This document shows positions 1 through 9,527 of a stretch of 64,000 nt of DNA, in pieces. The notes below the pieces were generated by a model. The model ran no database searches and had not been told where the DNA came from. It saw nothing but the letters and a program-made list of their open reading frames with translations. The DNA comes from Lentisphaeria bacterium (GTDB lineage Bacteria > Verrucomicrobiota > Lentisphaeria > JABSQK01 > JAWLHB01): contig JAWLHB010000022.1 of the NCBI GenBank assembly GCA_041690595.1, positions 62,001-126,000 on the forward strand. Direction: 5' to 3'. Both the position numbers and the translations under genes were made by a program. The number at the start of each line of letters is the position of its first letter. Positions within the stretch are counted from its first letter, which is position 1.

Positions 1-126
1 GCCATCGATAGTGGTTGTCCGGCGGCGAAGATCTCCATCGGCGAGTTGCAGAAGCTCCTCTCCGAGCAGGGGCAGCGCCACGACCCGATGCTCTTCCCCA
101 ACTACTGGCCCTCCGATCCCGCCTGA
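1..126 (+). CDS. 3' end of a CDS entering from the left, probably an FAD-dependent oxidoreductase (partial)
   Basis: Frame 1 reads AIDSGCPAAKISIGELQKLLSEQGQRHDPMLFPNYWPSDPA* (stop at 124-126). The 'I..LQ..L..QG' tail resembles C-termini of FAD_oxidored-family proteins. Not in the ORF track. Confidence 0.5.
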   Translation, partial: AIDSGCPAAKISIGELQKLLSEQGQRHDPMLFPNYWPSDPA

Positions 127-169
127 TCTCAGAAACCGATGGCAAGCTGCATGGTCAGGCCATGCATCC

Positions 170-1588
170 TCACGAACGGCGGGTGCGCTTCCAGCGGCGG
201 GGGAACATGCTGCGCAGGCTCCAGACCCCTTCCGCGTCGCGAAGGAGCAGGCCGGTCCCCATAATGACGCCGTCATACTCGAGGAGCACGTAGCCGGGGC
301 TGCAATCGCCAACCTGCTCCGGGGCGAGCGCAAAGACCTCGCGATGGAGATAGCCGGGTATCTGATCCGAGCTGAGAACAAGCCGGTTGCGGGTGGCGCG
401 GGCACCGAAACGCAGCGCCCCGGGAACGGTCAGCTTGGGCACCTCGATATGCGTCCGCACGGCAAGCAGACCGCTGGCAATCGGGGGCGGCTCCGCGGGG
501 GGAAGCAGTCCTTCTCCCCAGAGAAAAAGAGACGAAGCCTGGTCGTGATGCGAATGGAGGTGGTCAAAGATCGATGCGGGTAGCCCGAAGCGCTCGCACA
601 CCGCCTCCAGCGAAGGAGATGAGGCCAGCTCCGGCGCGACCACCGGTGGCGACGGCTCGGCCTCTCCCAGCTTCTCGATCAGGCAGCAGAAGAAGCCGCC
701 GGTGTCGTTATGGTGAGGCCAGATGCGCATCGCATGCACCAAGTCGGGCAGATACTCACGCCCTTCCCATGCAGTCAGCCCGGGCGCGCTGATGAACCCC
801 GGAACGACAGCGGGACGGATGCGGACCATGTGCGGCGGCAGCTCCCGCAGAACGTGATCGACGACGCCTTCGTTCTCCTCCGGCGCATAGGTGCAGGTAC
901 TATAGAGGATGCGTCCACCGGGGCGGCAGAGATGAATCGCCTTCCGCAGCAGCGCCCGTTGCGCTCCACTCTTGCGGCGGGAGAAGCTGTTGTCGACCTC
1001 TTCGAGGAGTTCGGGATGCTTGCGCGTGGTCCCCTCGCACGAACAGGGCACATCGACCAGCACTCGGTCGAACTGCCCAGCGGCGGGCGGAAAGTTCGCG
1101 CCATCGGCATTGGTGATGCTGACAATCGCGCTGCCGAAGCGTTCGACACTCTGGCGCAACCCCTTGAGGCGACGACGGTTGAGATCGTTCGCCACCAGCG
1201 TGCCGCGCTCCCGCATCGCTGCCGCCAGCATCAGGCTCTTCATACCCGGCGCGGCGCAGAGGTCGAGCACCCGCTCCCCCGGCTGGGGATCCAGAAGCAG
1301 CACGGGGAGTGCCGAGGTCTCTTCGACAATCTGGTAGAGGCCCGCGAAATACTCCCAGCGCCCTCCCATCCGCACCTCGGCCGGAAGCCGCCAGAGACCA
1401 GGCAGCGCGCTTGCCGTGCCGCGTCCCTGCAGCAGGCGCTCACGCCGCGCGGCATCCACCCGCTCCGGATGAAGCCAGACGCACGTCACCGGCGGTCGCG
1501 TGACAGCCTCGCGGAAAGCCGGCCAATCGTCTATCAGCGGCTGGTAACGGCGCAGCGACGTGAGATCGATCGAGTCGGCATTGTTCAC
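170..1588 (-). CDS. RsmB/NOP2-family (RsmF/YebU-like) rRNA m5C methyltransferase
   Basis: SAM motif DLCAAPGMKS, DVPCSCEG and YSTCT catalytic Cys motifs, GGFF motif. Confidence 0.9.
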   Translation of the reverse strand: MNNADSIDLTSLRRYQPLIDDWPAFREAVTRPPVTCVWLHPERVDAARRERLLQGRGTASALPGLWRLPAEVRMGGRWEYFAGLYQIVEETSALPVLLLDPQPGERVLDLCAAPGMKSLMLAAAMRERGTLVANDLNRRRLKGLRQSVERFGSAIVSITNADGANFPPAAGQFDRVLVDVPCSCEGTTRKHPELLEEVDNSFSRRKSGAQRALLRKAIHLCRPGGRILYSTCTYAPEENEGVVDHVLRELPPHMVRIRPAVVPGFISAPGLTAWEGREYLPDLVHAMRIWPHHNDTGGFFCCLIEKLGEAEPSPPVVAPELASSPSLEAVCERFGLPASIFDHLHSHHDQASSLFLWGEGLLPPAEPPPIASGLLAVRTHIEVPKLTVPGALRFGARATRNRLVLSSDQIPGYLHREVFALAPEQVGDCSPGYVLLEYDGVIMGTGLLLRDAEGVWSLRSMFPRRWKRTRRS

Positions 1589-1742
1589 TTCAGGACCTTT
1601 GCGGGCATGTGGCTCTGCTTGACGAAGAAATGTTGAGGTGGCATTCTCTTAGCTCATCAATCTATCACACCAGCAGGGGTAGGTACAGTGGCATGAATGC
1701 CGACCTGCCGCCACGTTCCATCAACACTTTCATTCTGGACTC

Positions 1743-3344
1743 ATGACCATGCTGCGAACGCTTCTCGCCTTGTGCCTGCTCTCCGTCTCCACGCATGCCG
1801 TCGACTTTTATGTGGATAACGTCAACGGCAAGGACGACCATGACGGTTTGAGCGCCGTGGTGGCGGACGGTCATGGCCCCCTGCACACGATCAATCTCGC
1901 GCTGCGCAAGGCGGGCGCCGGGGACACCATCCATCTGGCCGACACCGGCGTCATGTATAGGCAGGTCATCAACCTCTATGAGCATCCCGGCGGCAAGGAA
2001 GGAGCGCCGCTCGTCATTGACGGCCACGGGGCCACCCTCACTGGCGCGGATGTTGCCTCTCCCGAGGGCTGGCAGACGTATCAGGGAGGCACACTCAAGC
2101 GCCAGGACCTCGTCGGCATGGTGATCATCGACGGTGCATTTGCTGAGTTTCTTCGCCCTTTCAACTGCCTGGAGCCCGAGGAAATCTGTTACGCGCCCAA
2201 CTTCTTCAAGCGCCTCTTTTTCCGCTTTCCAGAAGGGAAGAAGCCGACGGACTACACGATCGAGGTGGGGCAGCCGGACGGCACCTCGGTGACGCTCGAC
2301 CCCGCCAGTTTCCAATTGTCGCACAGCACGATTCGCGGCGTCATGCGCTACAATGGGCTGCAACAGCCCACTTGGGTCAAGGTGGATGGAGTCGAAAAGA
2401 GCCTGGTGAAGGCCAGTGACCGACTCCAGGCTGGTCAGTACACGATCGAGGATGACATCCTCTACTTCATGCCCCCCGAAGGGGAGTGGCAGGCGCGGGA
2501 CATCCGGGTGATCGTCCGGGCCAACGGCGTCATGATGAACGGCACGACGGCTTGGGTGACCGTGCGCAACGTCAACGTCACCCTGGTCAGCAACGACGGC
2601 TTCAATATCCATGGCAAGGTGACTAACGCCGAGTTCTACAACTGCAATGCCTGGGACTGTGGCGACGAAGGCTTCAGCTCGCATGACCAGTGCGAGACTC
2701 TTCTGGATGGCGCGGTCTACACCAACTGCGACAACGGCATCGCCAACGTCAACACGCATGGCTGGTCCATCACCCGCAATGTCGATATCCGGCGCTCGCG
2801 CAGCGTCGGCTACCTCATCACCACCTCCACGCCAGATGCGTGGCACACCCTCGAAAACGCCATCTTCGTCGACAATCCCTCCCAGATCTCCGCCAACTAC
2901 ACGAAAATCGACAATGTGCTCATCCTCGGCACCGGTGGCGCACCACGCACTCAGGCCTTGAGTCTAGGGCCGGCGACGGAGGTGAATCGGGCCACGCTCG
3001 CCGGCAACCAAGACACCATCCGCCTCGGTGAGAAGACAAGGCTCACCCTGGCGAAGACGGTCATCGGCCCCGATCAGGGCAACATACACCTGCGAACGGC
3101 CGATCCCTTCAGCGTCTGGACCCTGCACGACGTGCGCTTCGCGGCCGGCCAGAAGATCGAATGGGGGGCGAAATGGCCATGGACAACGAAGCTCATCGAG
3201 GAGTGGCTGGCGGAGGCCGCCGAGGCCGCCATCGTCACCGACTGCGCGCTCCATGAACTTACAACGGAGCAAATACTGAGCGGCGAAGCGGACAGCGGGT
3301 GCAGCGCCGAACTCCTCGATCTCTGGCGGGCTCGCCGGGAGTAG
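1743..3344 (+). CDS. Secreted right-handed parallel beta-helix protein (pectate-lyase-like fold)
   Basis: Signal peptide, then FYVDNVNGKDDHDG...PLHTINLAL...AGDTIHL N-terminal motif and repeated NDGFNIHG / GDEGFSSH / CDNGIANV beta-helix rungs. Confidence 0.75.
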   Translation: MTMLRTLLALCLLSVSTHAVDFYVDNVNGKDDHDGLSAVVADGHGPLHTINLALRKAGAGDTIHLADTGVMYRQVINLYEHPGGKEGAPLVIDGHGATLTGADVASPEGWQTYQGGTLKRQDLVGMVIIDGAFAEFLRPFNCLEPEEICYAPNFFKRLFFRFPEGKKPTDYTIEVGQPDGTSVTLDPASFQLSHSTIRGVMRYNGLQQPTWVKVDGVEKSLVKASDRLQAGQYTIEDDILYFMPPEGEWQARDIRVIVRANGVMMNGTTAWVTVRNVNVTLVSNDGFNIHGKVTNAEFYNCNAWDCGDEGFSSHDQCETLLDGAVYTNCDNGIANVNTHGWSITRNVDIRRSRSVGYLITTSTPDAWHTLENAIFVDNPSQISANYTKIDNVLILGTGGAPRTQALSLGPATEVNRATLAGNQDTIRLGEKTRLTLAKTVIGPDQGNIHLRTADPFSVWTLHDVRFAAGQKIEWGAKWPWTTKLIEEWLAEAAEAAIVTDCALHELTTEQILSGEADSGCSAELLDLWRARRE

Positions 3345-3442
3345 GTGCGGCGGTTATTGCCATTCCCATAAATCCCGATCATAGTAATGGCTTATATCCC
3401 GGCAATAGCCAACGTCAAACCCTCCTCAAGGAGACTACCTGA

Positions 3443-3913
3443 ATGAAGTCATTACGTCATGTTCTGGCCGTTTGTGCTCTGACCCTCTTTTGCGCCGGCG
3501 CCGCCACGGCGCAGGACATCACCCTCGATCAGGCGCACGCCGCCATCGTCGCCGCCCAGAAGAAGGCGGTTGAGATCAACACCCTCATGGATATCGCGAT
3601 TGTCGACGCGGGCGGCAACCTGAAGGCCTTCGTGCGCATGGATGGCGCCTGGCTCGGCAGTATTGATATCGCCATCAAGAAGGCGAAGACCGCGCGTTAC
3701 TTCGACATGAACACCGGCGATATCGGTGGCCTGTCGCAGCCTGGCGGCCCCCTCTACAATATCGAACACAGCAATAACGGCCTTATCACCTTCCCCGGCG
3801 GCATTCCACTGCGCAATGCCGAGGGCGTGGTGATCGGCGCCATTGGGGTCTCCGGCAGCAGTGTCGAGAATGACCACGCTGTTGCGCAAGCCGGTGCCGC
3901 AAGCATCAAGTAA
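3443..3913 (+). CDS. GlcG/HbpS-family heme-binding protein with signal peptide
   Basis: [33 protein letters not shown] and GAIGVSG motifs; AGGAG RBS upstream. Confidence 0.9.
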   Translation: MKSLRHVLAVCALTLFCAGAATAQDITLDQAHAAIVAAQKKAVEINTLMDIAIVDAGGNLKAFVRMDGAWLGSIDIAIKKAKTARYFDMNTGDIGGLSQPGGPLYNIEHSNNGLITFPGGIPLRNAEGVVIGAIGVSGSSVENDHAVAQAGAASIK

Positions 3914-3931
3914 GCTTTCCGCTTCCCACCT

Positions 3932-3970
3932 GGCGCCGCCCGGCTTTTTTCACCGGGCGGCGCCTTTTTT
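3932..3970 (+). terminator. Rho-independent terminator
   Basis: 12-bp stem GGCGCCGCCCGG (3932-3943) / CCGGGCGGCGCC (3953-3964) followed by T6. Confidence 0.85.
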
Positions 3971-4083
3971 CTGCAGTGATGACGCGGATCGCTGAGCGGG
4001 ATGAAGTCGTGAAGAGGCGTTGCAGGGGGGAGCGAACCGGATATAGTGTGAGACGACGGCAATTCCTGAAGACAGCGAGCGCG

Positions 4084-6150
4084 ATGATGGCAAGGTATGG
4101 GAAACGGTGGATGATCGGGATAGCCGTTGTGGCTGCGATCGCCGCCGCCAGCGCGGGTAGCATCAAGTTGATTGCCACGCCCGAATGGCGGAGTTGGACC
4201 GGGGATCATGCGGCGCGCGTCGCGGCATGTCGGGAGCTCTGGAAGAAGCCAAAATGGCGGGCGGTTCACGGGCTGCGGCGGCTGCTGTCCGATCCCGATC
4301 CACGGGTACGGCTGGCGGCAATCGAGGCATCAACGAGGCGAAAGCTGCGGGAGCTTCTGCCGGATATCGCCCAACGAGCGACCGGAGATGCCGATACCGC
4401 GGTTTCGGATCGTGCCTATCAGGCGTTGCTGGAGATGAGTCCCATGCCGGCGGAGTGGCTGGGGGAGGTCGAGGCGGTGCTGCGGCAGGAGCCGGGTCGC
4501 CGCCTGGCGCTGGCGGCGGATTATGCGCGAGTGGCACTGGCGGCGGACCGTGCCGATCATGACTGGCTGCTCGACATGGGGATGACGGAAGCCAACCCTG
4601 CCCTGCGGGGGACGTTGGTACGTCACGCCCAGGCCTATGCGAACCGGCGCGAAGAGCTGATTGCTGCGCTGGAGACGCCATCGGCAGGGCTGGAGCAACG
4701 AGCCTTCATCCTGGCGATGCTGGCGGGTATCGACGGCGTGATGCGCGGGTATGCGGCGCCGGATTGGCGCCAGATAGAAGAGCTGACGGCGGTGGAGCCT
4801 GCCCCGCCCGTGGATGGCTTTGTCGTGGAAGCTGAATGGGCTTTCGATCTGCAGCCGAATTTCCAGATCGAGGCGTGGCAGGGCGAACGGGCGCTGGTGC
4901 TCCACGAGGGTGCGGGAGGCTTCATGTCGTGGCTGGGACGAGAGGATTCAACCGTAGATATCGGCAGGGGGCGTCTGCCGTTCCACCTGGCCAAGGCCGG
5001 CACCTACCACCTCTGGGCGCGCGTCTGGATGGATAACAAGTGCGGCAATTCAACCGGCATGCGCATCGACGGCACCGACCTTGGAGATTTCAGCGATGGG
5101 ACGGACCTTTTTGGCCAGTGGGTCTGGATGGAGCACGGTCAGCAGCGCTTGCGCGAAGGACCCCATGTCCTGGAACTGAGGGCACTTGAGGACGGAGTCC
5201 AGGTGGACAAGTATGCCCTGCTGCCGCCAGGCGAGACCCCGGGTCAAAAGCTGGAGCGGCTCAACGCCCTCTATGACGAAGCGTCATTGAGCAGCATCGG
5301 CTTTACGAGCGAGATGCAACACCAACTGCGCGGAACCACGCAGCCAGTTACCGTCTGGGTGCGCCGCCACTCACCCTCGGTCAAGGGCGGTAGCCTGCGC
5401 TTGACCGTGCCGGAGCCCTTCGAAACCGTAGGCGGTGAGATGGCGGAGGTGCGCTTCGGTGCCGATGAGCCCCTCGCCCGGGCTACCTTCCACATTCGGC
5501 TGCCGGAAGACGCCATCGCCGGCGAAGTGACGCTGACCGCGGTGCTGCAAGCCGAAGGACGCACCATCGCCACCGGCAGCTTCCTTCTCGGCCCCCAACT
5601 CGACTGGTGGACGACCGGACGCATGGCCATCGATGATCCGCGCGCGACGCGACTGATGGCTGCCCGAAAAGTCGACCGAGATACGGTTCTGCGCGAGTGG
5701 CGCCAGTTCCCCGCGGCCGGCTACGACCGCTACCGCCGCCTCGACCTCGAAGCGGCCTTCGGGCAATCTCAGGACTGCATTACCTTCCTCTATACGGAAC
5801 TGGAGATCGGCGAAAAAGGCACCTATCGCAGCTACCTGACGATGGATGATACCGGCTCCGTCTGTATCGACGGGCGGACCATTGCCAGCGTCGACCAGGG
5901 TGGCCCCGCGGAAGGACGCATGGTCGTGCGCACTTGCACCCTCGCGCCCGGACGGGTCGGCGTTCTGGCCTGGACCCTGCAGGCGGACTTCGCGGACCCC
6001 GAAGGAGATGACGCCGACCGCCACAGCTACAACAACTGGATCTTCAAGTGGCTGCTGCGAGAGGAGAGGCATCGGCCAGCCACCCAGATTCGCGGCGTGC
6101 CGTTGGCGGCCGAAGCTGCGACCGTCAGCGCGTCACAAAGCGCGGAATGA
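4084..6150 (+). CDS. Exported HEAT-repeat protein with beta-sandwich/carbohydrate-binding-like domains
   Basis: N-terminal hydrophobic segment, HEAT-like LLSDPDPRVRLAAIEA, VEAE...GTYHLWAR CBM-like module, PA14-like MDDTGSVCIDG. Start moved to ATG 4084 (ORF track 3976). Confidence 0.6.
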   Translation: MMARYGKRWMIGIAVVAAIAAASAGSIKLIATPEWRSWTGDHAARVAACRELWKKPKWRAVHGLRRLLSDPDPRVRLAAIEASTRRKLRELLPDIAQRATGDADTAVSDRAYQALLEMSPMPAEWLGEVEAVLRQEPGRRLALAADYARVALAADRADHDWLLDMGMTEANPALRGTLVRHAQAYANRREELIAALETPSAGLEQRAFILAMLAGIDGVMRGYAAPDWRQIEELTAVEPAPPVDGFVVEAEWAFDLQPNFQIEAWQGERALVLHEGAGGFMSWLGREDSTVDIGRGRLPFHLAKAGTYHLWARVWMDNKCGNSTGMRIDGTDLGDFSDGTDLFGQWVWMEHGQQRLREGPHVLELRALEDGVQVDKYALLPPGETPGQKLERLNALYDEASLSSIGFTSEMQHQLRGTTQPVTVWVRRHSPSVKGGSLRLTVPEPFETVGGEMAEVRFGADEPLARATFHIRLPEDAIAGEVTLTAVLQAEGRTIATGSFLLGPQLDWWTTGRMAIDDPRATRLMAARKVDRDTVLREWRQFPAAGYDRYRRLDLEAAFGQSQDCITFLYTELEIGEKGTYRSYLTMDDTGSVCIDGRTIASVDQGGPAEGRMVVRTCTLAPGRVGVLAWTLQADFADPEGDDADRHSYNNWIFKWLLREERHRPATQIRGVPLAAEAATVSASQSAE

Positions 6151-6156
6151 GTCCGT
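6125..6156. repeat. Imperfect 32-bp direct repeat, copy 1
   Basis: TCAGCGCGTCACAAAGCGCGGAATGAGTCCGT; 28/32 identical to 6514-6545. Confidence 0.85.
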
Positions 6157-6161
6157 GTGGC

Positions 6162-6240
6162 TCATGGACAGATCAACGTCAACCGCGGAAAGTATGTCTT
6201 GAACCGACTCGCATCGCGCGTCACCAGAGGCAGCCTTCAC
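6162..6240 (-). pseudogene. VapC/PIN toxin remnant (large internal deletion)
   Basis: Minus strand 6233-6162 reads LPLVTRDASRFKTYFPRLTLICP*, resembling the L(L/V)TRD..R(Y/F).TYFP.L.L..P C-terminus of a VapC subfamily. A GTG at 6240-6238 overlaps the antitoxin stop but is out of frame with this tail. Confidence 0.75.
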
Positions 6241-6470
6241 GGCTCAACGCCACGCATCAGGGCCAGGATTTCATCCGTGGTCATACCGACGCTGCTCTTC
6301 CCCCGCAAGTGCCGCACCAGGCGCTCACCTCGCGATGGGCTATCCTTCACCTTGCGCAGGTAGACGCCATCGCCGTCGGGAACGAATTCCACTTCGGTAT
6401 GTGGCCATAATCCCAACTTTTCGCGTATCTCCTGGGGGATGGGCACCTGTCCTTTGCTCGTGATCCGCAT
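6237..6470 (-). CDS. AbrB/MazE/SpoVT-family antitoxin (VapB-like)
   Basis: MRITSKGQVPIPQEIREKLGL N-terminus and MTTDEILALMRG tail. Confidence 0.9.
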   Translation of the reverse strand: MRITSKGQVPIPQEIREKLGLWPHTEVEFVPDGDGVYLRKVKDSPSRGERLVRHLRGKSSVGMTTDEILALMRGVEP

Positions 6471-6513
6471 GGTGCAGCTCCAGTGCCGGATTAAGAATCG
6501 GAATCAGTGACGT

Positions 6514-6545
6514 TCACTGCGTCACAAAGCGCAGAATGAGCCCGT
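6514..6545. repeat. Imperfect 32-bp direct repeat, copy 2 (3' end of the 6514-8091 gene)
   Basis: TCACTGCGTCACAAAGCGCAGAATGAGCCCGT. Confidence 0.85.
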
Positions 6546-8091
6546 CCTGAATGCGATGGAAGTGACGCCACAGCAGTTTCCCTGCGGAATACTCCCGATG
6601 TACGGACTTACCCTCCTCATCCGGGAGATGCTCAACGCGAATAACATTGGCAACCCAGAGGGCGCCATCCGCGGGTACGCCCGTCATGCCGAAATCGCTC
6701 CACGGAATGTGGTACTCCACGCGGAGTCCATGCTCGGCATTCATGCTGGCCCCGCTTCGCCAGGCGCCGGCGAAATCGAATCCGGGGTCGTTGACCCCGT
6801 TCCAGAGGAGCCGGTTGTCGAAGCGTCCGCCGGAAGCGGCAACGTTGAGTTCATAGAAGCGCGTGAAGGTGGCGTCGGGTGCGACAAAGAACTCAACGCA
6901 ATTGAACTCCCAGACGGCGCGGTCGGTGCCGGGGGTGTCGCGAAGGTCGAGGTTGGGAGCGCCCGGGCCGCGGAAGAGCAGGCGCAGACCCGCATCGTCC
7001 CACGCCAGGGCAAAGGCATTGCCGCTGTCGCGAGGATCGCCGTTGACCTGATTGGCGACGGGATGCCAGATCAGCCCCTCATCGTGCCACATGGCGTCAT
7101 CGGTTTCGCCGTCAGGAACAAAGGGGGAGTCGGCACGATGGATCGTGATGAGACCTTCCGGCGACTCGCCCCGGCGGGCCCGCAGGTAACGGTTGTAGAG
7201 ATCAGCCCAGCGTCCCGGATTGCTCTCCGCGACTGGCAGGTCTTCCACCGGGGGCCGATCCGTCAGCCGAAGGAGCCGATAGCAGACTTCCGCGTACTCG
7301 GGAAAGTCGCTGCCGTGAGAAAGTGCCGCCTGAAAATGCGAGATGGCCGCATCGATCTGCCCCTTCATCTGGTTGAGCATGCCGAAGGAGGTCAGGATCT
7401 GGGCGCGGATCATGGAGGAGGTGTCGGCCGCGTGGAGCCGGGCCATGGCTTGGCGGGCGGCGGCCGGATGGGCGTCGAGATAGCTCCAGATCGGCACGAT
7501 GTAGGGTTCGGCTTCCGTGGTCGCGGGGCGTTCGCTCAGGAGTTGCAGGGAGGTGACCTGGAAAGGGGGCATATGGCGACCGCCGGGACCATGCGCGGGA
7601 CCCATCACGTTGTTGTAGATGCTTACCCGCACTTGGGTGGCGTCGGCCGGCACCAGGGAACCAATGTCGAAGTAGAGGGTCTCGGAGAAATTGTAGAAGA
7701 GCGGAACCCACTTGTCGTATTCGTTGCGCTCCTCCCAGCGCATGGTGTGCAGGTCGCCGCTGTGCTCGACGTAGGGAAAGTAGAAGGACTGCTCCGTCTC
7801 GAAGAAGCGCTGAAACTCGGGACGATTGGGGTCGCGGGGCTGAATGATGGTGCGCGGCGAAAGCAGTTGCGCCTCCGTGAGCGGAAGACCGTCAACAGCA
7901 ATCACGCAGCGCCGATGGCCGAGTTGCCGGCTATTGGCTTCAAAATACCCACTCAACTCCAGAATAGTCTGGCCTGTTTCGCGGGAGAGGACGAGGGTAC
8001 GGCTTTCCCCCAGAGGAACTGTGGCAACCTGGGCGGCCGCACTCAGGGCAGTGGCCACGAAGGCAGCGGCCGCGGACGAAGAAACACGCAT
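6514..8091 (-). CDS. Secreted protein with TPR-like helix and C-terminal CBM9-like sugar-binding domain
   Basis: Signal peptide; AISHFQAALS TPR-like segment; PDGETDDAMW...LAWDDAGL...CVEFF...YELNV...VEYHIPWSDF CBM9-like pattern. Confidence 0.65.
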   Translation of the reverse strand: MRVSSSAAAAFVATALSAAAQVATVPLGESRTLVLSRETGQTILELSGYFEANSRQLGHRRCVIAVDGLPLTEAQLLSPRTIIQPRDPNRPEFQRFFETEQSFYFPYVEHSGDLHTMRWEERNEYDKWVPLFYNFSETLYFDIGSLVPADATQVRVSIYNNVMGPAHGPGGRHMPPFQVTSLQLLSERPATTEAEPYIVPIWSYLDAHPAAARQAMARLHAADTSSMIRAQILTSFGMLNQMKGQIDAAISHFQAALSHGSDFPEYAEVCYRLLRLTDRPPVEDLPVAESNPGRWADLYNRYLRARRGESPEGLITIHRADSPFVPDGETDDAMWHDEGLIWHPVANQVNGDPRDSGNAFALAWDDAGLRLLFRGPGAPNLDLRDTPGTDRAVWEFNCVEFFVAPDATFTRFYELNVAASGGRFDNRLLWNGVNDPGFDFAGAWRSGASMNAEHGLRVEYHIPWSDFGMTGVPADGALWVANVIRVEHLPDEEGKSVHREYSAGKLLWRHFHRIQDGLILRFVTQ

Positions 8092-8381
8092 GGCAAACTC
8101 CTGTGCATGATAGCTGGATTGACAGGAGGCAATGTAGGCGTCATTTGCTCATCGCGCCAGCCCGGCGAAACCGGTACGACCGGCGCCGGCTCTGGAATCG
8201 TGTCGTGACGCTTGTGACGTTGCGTGCTGACATATGCCCGTATGTCCTTCAGGACGTCCTGCATGCAATGCGGGCAGTAAGTATGAGAACGGGTGACGCC
8301 GACTGGCAGGCGAGTCATGGTCCATTCTTCGCCCTGCCGAACGCGGTGGCAGACACAGCATTGTACGGGAAGTTCGTTCAT
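8043..8381 (-). CDS. Small Cys/His-rich protein (CxxC...SHxxCPxC)
   Basis: ATG 8381 preceded by AAGGA; MNELPVQCCVCHRVRQGEEW...SHTYCPHC; the 3' end overlaps the start of the next gene, so its extent is uncertain. Confidence 0.55.
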   Translation of the reverse strand: MNELPVQCCVCHRVRQGEEWTMTRLPVGVTRSHTYCPHCMQDVLKDIRAYVSTQRHKRHDTIPEPAPVVPVSPGWRDEQMTPTLPPVNPAIMHRSLPCVFLRPRPLPSWPLP

Positions 8382-8528
8382 GAGATCCTTTCTCGCCTCG
8401 AAGTGGCCGGTTGACGATCTGGTGCACAACGTCACTCGCAGGAAGCGTTCCAGCGCCGGCATGGTCTCACCCGCGGACCGCGACGGCAGAAGCTGCCGCC
8501 GCACGTCGGCAAAGGCGGCAGATATTGC

Positions 8529-9293
8529 TCAGAGAATGCGAAGCTGGTAGCCGGCGTCGACATGAAGGACCTGCCCCGTGGCCATGGGAATATCGCCCCT
8601 CGCGCAGGTGGCAACGGCTCGTCCGACATCGTCGGGCATGACCCACTTGCGGATGGGCGTCAGGCCTTCGGCGATGAGCTTGTCATACTTTTCGGTGACC
8701 ACCTTCGTCATGTCGGTCTTGACGATGCCCGGTTGCACCTCGAAGACATGGATGCCGTGCTCCGCGAGGCGTGCGGCGTAGAGCTGGGTCATCATGGCGA
8801 TGGCCGCCTTCGAGAGGCAGTATTCGCCGCGGCTCGGGCTGGCGGTCCAGGCGGAGATGGAGCCGATGTTGACGACGGCGAAGTGTTCTTCCGGTCGATC
8901 CTGTTTCTGCTCGATCATCCAGTTGGCGACTGCCTGAGTGAGAAAATACGGCCCTTTCAGATTGGTATCCATCACATAGTCGAATGACGCCTCGTCAGCG
9001 ACCAGCATGTCCGCCCGCACCTTGGGCGCCACCCCGGCATTGTTGACCAGCACGTGCAGTCGCCCCCAATCGCCTTTCAACTCGGCGATGGCGGCAGCGC
9101 GCGCCTCGGCGGAGCTGACATTGCAGACCAAGGCCCGCGCTTTTGCTCCATGACTTTCGCATTCGGCAATCGTTTCGGAAGGGTCGGAGACATTGGTGCC
9201 GACAACAATATCGAAACCGGACTTGGCAAGGGCGACGGCGCAGGCGCGACCGATTCCACGGGCAGCGCCCGTAACCATGGCTACTGGATTCAT
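8529..9293 (-). CDS. SDR-family oxidoreductase (3-ketoacyl-ACP reductase-like)
   Basis: TGAARGIG, NNAG and YCLSK motifs; start moved to ATG 9293 (MNPVAMVTG). Confidence 0.9.
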   Translation of the reverse strand: MNPVAMVTGAARGIGRACAVALAKSGFDIVVGTNVSDPSETIAECESHGAKARALVCNVSSAEARAAAIAELKGDWGRLHVLVNNAGVAPKVRADMLVADEASFDYVMDTNLKGPYFLTQAVANWMIEQKQDRPEEHFAVVNIGSISAWTASPSRGEYCLSKAAIAMMTQLYAARLAEHGIHVFEVQPGIVKTDMTKVVTEKYDKLIAEGLTPIRKWVMPDDVGRAVATCARGDIPMATGQVLHVDAGYQLRIL

Positions 9294-9527
9294 GATGGCG
9301 TGTTCTCTTGGCTCGAGTGGATGCGTGCTGGATAAAGTGGAAAGGAACAATAGCCTGACACCGCCAATTTGAAACTGCAAAAGGCTTTACACCTGTTTGC
9401 CGTGCCTTACTGAAAAGGGAGGAGATGCGGGAACGATTTGGTACAAAATCGGATTGGCACCCGCCCTGCTGCTTACTATTTCGATTGTTCACCCGCTCCA
9501 GAAACATGCATGAAGAGATCCACGATC

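Noticed and set aside
6162..6239. Stop-codon readthrough fusing the antitoxin to the VapC tail
   Set aside because: The tail is in frame with the antitoxin after TGA, but this has a 1-in-3 chance after a deletion and no recoding signal is visible
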